The translations under genes were made by a program, and so were the position numbers. 64,000 bases of DNA from the NCBI GenBank assembly GCA_001780285.1, contig MFGN01000005.1, forward strand, positions 74,200-138,199. The letters run 5' to 3'. The DNA comes from Candidatus Falkowbacteria bacterium RIFOXYD12_FULL_34_57. Lineage in GTDB: Bacteria; Patescibacteriota; Patescibacteriia; Patescibacteriales; UBA12075. Positions 61,312 to 64,000 of the stretch are shown here, in pieces. Numbering within the stretch: the stretch's first letter is position 1; the number at the start of each line of letters is the position of its first letter. Under the pieces are notes generated by a model. The model had not been told where the DNA came from. It saw only the letters and a list, made by a program, of their open reading frames with translations, and made no database searches.

Positions 61312-63444
61312 ATGTCTAATACAAATAATAATTCTGGATTGAGCCAGAATATACTTAATAAATTAGCTCATATATTACCGGCCACCAAACAGGGGGTTAC
61401 GGGGCAGGTGATAGAATTTATTATTGAACAAACATTATTTGAACTTGGACAAAATAAGACATTAAAAGAAATTTCTGCCGGCATTGGCAGTATTTTTTTA
61501 CTCAAATTTTCCTCCGAAGAAGTATCAGAAATCCTAGAGAAGCTACAAGAAAAAAATCATATTATCAAATCCAGTTCGCATAAATATTCTTTAAGAGATG
61601 TGTATGTCTCTAAATTTAAAGAGCTGCACCAAAATATTGAATTAACAGAACAGAAAATATTTTCCGAGTGGGCTGGTTATATAAAAAGTAAATATTCTAA
61701 ATTATCTAAAGAAGAAATACTGAGCCTAGAAAAAGATTTGCATTTTTATATCAATCGCATGTTCTGCAAACACGGAGCTGAGTGTGCAGTTCTTCTGTAT
61801 CCTGATAATCAAAAAATAAATAATTTAATAAATAAATATTCAGAGGGAAAAATAAATAAATATTTGCCGCCACGCACCAATTATGTGATGAGTGTTCGCC
61901 GCACCGAGTTTCCGCTATTTTTTAAAAATAGCAATATTGAGAAACGCCGGTATTTTACCGGCATGTTGGACGGTACTTTTATTTATAACCTGATTCAGAT
62001 TGATCCGCATACCAAAAAATATTTAAAGGAGAATTTTAGAAATTATAAATTTTATTTGGATACCAACATTTTATATTCCCTTTTTGATTTAACCGACCCC
62101 AAGGGAAAGAATGTTGTTGAAAATGTTTTAAAAAAATGTGAGCATTTTGGCATCAAATTAGCAGTAACCGAAAAAACAATAACAGAGATGAAGTTGTCTA
62201 TAAAAACCAAAAGCCGAGAACTTTTGAACAGTAAGCCGATTAAAAGAGAGTTAGCCGGAGCCGCTGCCGATTTGGTTTCAGAGGATAGTTTTATTGCCGC
62301 TTATTGGCGCCTGTTCCATAAAACCGGAATTAAGAAACAAGACTTTATTCAAAAATTTAATTATATTGAAGAACTTTTAAAGGCGCGCGGAATTGAAATA
62401 GAGTATCAGTATCATAAATTTTTAGAAGAAGAAATATTGGAAGAAATAAAAATTCTTCAGAACACGAGCGCCGGAAACAAGGCAGAGGTGGTAGCAGAAC
62501 ATGATGTTTTTTATCGTTTATTAATTAGATATCTGCGCGATAAAGCAAAATACGAAAAAAGTGACAAGCGTTATTGGTTTTTGACATTTGACAGTCAACT
62601 TTTGCCATACAGTCTTGAAACTCGCAATGAACATGAGTCGCCATTTATTATTTTTCCACATCAGATTTTTCAAATACTTCGTCCATTTACAGAGAGGACT
62701 GACAATTTTGACCAAACTTTTATTGAACTTTTTAGCAGGCCCCATATTAAATCATCGGAGGGGATATTGCCGCACGATATTGCCGAGAGAATTCTCTCTA
62801 CTATTTCCAGTTATAAAGATTTACCGACCAATGTGGCGATTGATATTATTATGGATGCCAATTTTCAAGAAGCAATACTATCAGAAGAATCAAAAAAAAT
62901 ACAACTAGAAACCATAGAGGAACATATAGACAATGCTATGTCCCATAAGGTAAAAAAGTTAGAGCAAAAAATAATGGATTTGGAAGCTAGCTTGAAAAAG
63001 AAAGAGCTGTTGAGACGGGGAAAAGGGGAAAATAAGCATGTTAAAAACGATAAAAGGGGTAAAGAATTCGAAAAAAAACACAACCAGTTAATTGAAAAAA
63101 GCAAAGAACTCTCTAAAAAAAGAAAAGAACTAAATAAAAAGAATCAGGAGCTACAGAAACATCGGGAATGGTTTACGGAAAAAGACAAAGAAAACAAAAA
63201 ATTAAGAATGTTCCTGTTTTTTATTTCTTTGTTATTTTTAATTGTTACTAATGTTTTTTTGTTCTATTATTTTTGGATGAAGATAAGCGCGGTAATTAAG
63301 GAGTTGTGGGTGGCAACGGATATTATATTGATAATTTTTATTTTAAAAATAAAGTGGCGCCTATCCTTGAGTATTCAGATAGTTTTGGGACTTTTGGCAT
63401 TATTGCAATTTATCCCATGGCTTATTAGTTTTTTGCCGAAATAA
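61312..63444 (+). CDS. Membrane-anchored PIN-like domain protein (N-terminal wHTH-like region, PIN-like core, Lys-rich coiled coil, C-terminal TM helices)
   Basis: FYLDTNILYSLFDL (PIN acidic motif 1), AEHDVFYRLLIRYL, RYWFLTFDSQL (PIN C-terminal motif). KKKELLRRGKGENK...KKRKELNKKNQELQ coiled coil. About 3 TM helices in the last ~90 aa. ATG at 61312 preferred to the TTG at 61270. Confidence 0.55.
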   Translation: MSNTNNNSGLSQNILNKLAHILPATKQGVTGQVIEFIIEQTLFELGQNKTLKEISAGIGSIFLLKFSSEEVSEILEKLQEKNHIIKSSSHKYSLRDVYVSKFKELHQNIELTEQKIFSEWAGYIKSKYSKLSKEEILSLEKDLHFYINRMFCKHGAECAVLLYPDNQKINNLINKYSEGKINKYLPPRTNYVMSVRRTEFPLFFKNSNIEKRRYFTGMLDGTFIYNLIQIDPHTKKYLKENFRNYKFYLDTNILYSLFDLTDPKGKNVVENVLKKCEHFGIKLAVTEKTITEMKLSIKTKSRELLNSKPIKRELAGAAADLVSEDSFIAAYWRLFHKTGIKKQDFIQKFNYIEELLKARGIEIEYQYHKFLEEEILEEIKILQNTSAGNKAEVVAEHDVFYRLLIRYLRDKAKYEKSDKRYWFLTFDSQLLPYSLETRNEHESPFIIFPHQIFQILRPFTERTDNFDQTFIELFSRPHIKSSEGILPHDIAERILSTISSYKDLPTNVAIDIIMDANFQEAILSEESKKIQLETIEEHIDNAMSHKVKKLEQKIMDLEASLKKKELLRRGKGENKHVKNDKRGKEFEKKHNQLIEKSKELSKKRKELNKKNQELQKHREWFTEKDKENKKLRMFLFFISLLFLIVTNVFLFYYFWMKISAVIKELWVATDIILIIFILKIKWRLSLSIQIVLGLLALLQFIPWLISFLPK

Positions 63445-63524
63445 ATGATTTTGTGCTAAAATTATATCATATTAAAGTAACTTTCGACTCTCGACTTCTA
63501 AGCGATAGCGGAAAAATTTTCTTC

Positions 63525-63878
63525 ATGAACAATAAAAAAATACTAATTTCTATTATTTTTTATATCAATCCTTATTATTACTTGTATTTTTTTATATTTC
63601 ATAGGCTTAATTACAAGGCATCGGGGTCATTAAAATTAAAAGATATCTCAAACAGATCTATTGGCACAAAAGAAATAAAAGAAATGACTAGTAGAAAAAT
63701 AGATTTAGATTTGTGTGTGGATGTTAAAGCGGAAAAAAAAGATGAATGCTATTTGGCCTTATCTCAGAAAAATAATGATATTGATTTATGTGAAAATATA
63801 GGTGATCTCACAACACAGGATAGTTGTTTTAATTTTTTTGCGTTAAATAGTAAAATTTTTTATTGTGTTCAAAAATAG
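63525..63878 (+). CDS. Hypothetical anchored Cys-repeat protein, ending at an in-frame TAG that interrupts the repeat pattern
   Basis: N-terminal hydrophobic segment, then C-[FY]-x2-[ILF]-A...LC...C repeats. The same repeat continues in frame after the TAG (63876-63878) to the window end. Confidence 0.4.
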   Translation: MNNKKILISIIFYINPYYYLYFFIFHRLNYKASGSLKLKDISNRSIGTKEIKEMTSRKIDLDLCVDVKAEKKDECYLALSQKNNDIDLCENIGDLTTQDSCFNFFALNSKIFYCVQK

Positions 63879-64000
63879 GGGACAGTAGTATTCGCGACGG
63901 ATGTTATGCGGAAATAGCCATGGCAACAAATAAAACAGAGTTATGTTCAAAAATTAAGAATGATAAATTTCGAATTTCGTGCATGAATGGCAAATCCGCA

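Noticed and set aside
1-64000. Possible alternative genetic code (UGA recoding, as in some candidate phyla).
   Set aside because: TGA terminates well-supported ORFs (for example 1341-1343, 10612-10614 and the LOG gene at 41415-41417). An RF2 gene with the SPF motif is present, and conserved genes show no in-frame TGA.

Overview
Visibly AT-rich, gene-dense bacterial chromosome segment with about 60 credible CDS. It uses the standard code: TGA serves as a stop (for example at 1341-1343 and 10612-10614) and an RF2 gene is present. I saw no rRNA, tRNA, CRISPR array, transposase or integrase. The minimal housekeeping set, split ComEC, TSP3-repeat membrane proteins and giant Cys-rich surface proteins on a VirB2/T4SS-pilin-like anchor suggest a Candidate Phyla Radiation / Patescibacteria (Parcubacteria-like) organism; this is inference, not a database result. 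Gene order: partial Cys-rich surface protein; pheS-nif3-pheT; DUF192; TrmB-like regulator divergent from a CoA-related operon (CoaB-aldolaseII-methyltransferase fusion, Zn-ribbon protein, amidohydrolase, CoaC); topA-dprA; pth; der; LCP; lepB-hisS; rpsU; yqeY; rel; a 10.8-kb surface-protein island (878 aa, 2052 aa and two TSP3-repeat proteins); ybeY-dgkA-ftsA-ftsZ; LOG-M16 protease; nrdR-nrdD-nrdG-MGMT; M29 aminopeptidase; prfB; comEC; CPA2 antiporter; PlsC-like acyltransferase; stand-alone ComEC-type MBL; a membrane-anchored PIN-like protein. Main hunt results: (1) nrdD is split, with its glycyl-radical motif on a separate untracked 47-aa ORF; (2) giant adhesin-like proteins carry a pilin-like two-helix N-terminal anchor; (3) an unusual CoaB-aldolaseII-MTase triple fusion sits in an operon with CoaC; (4) back-to-back promoters drive a structured dprA-topA leader carrying GGAGGAGGAGG and a candidate sRNA whose loop copies the 16S anti-SD; (5) a dispersed family of 7-9 nt tandem word repeats fills intergenic regions and has one in-frame copy inside pheT; (6) a conserved 23-nt palindrome lies upstream of both ftsA and ftsZ. 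All homology calls come from motif recognition by eye and need HMM or BLAST confirmation.
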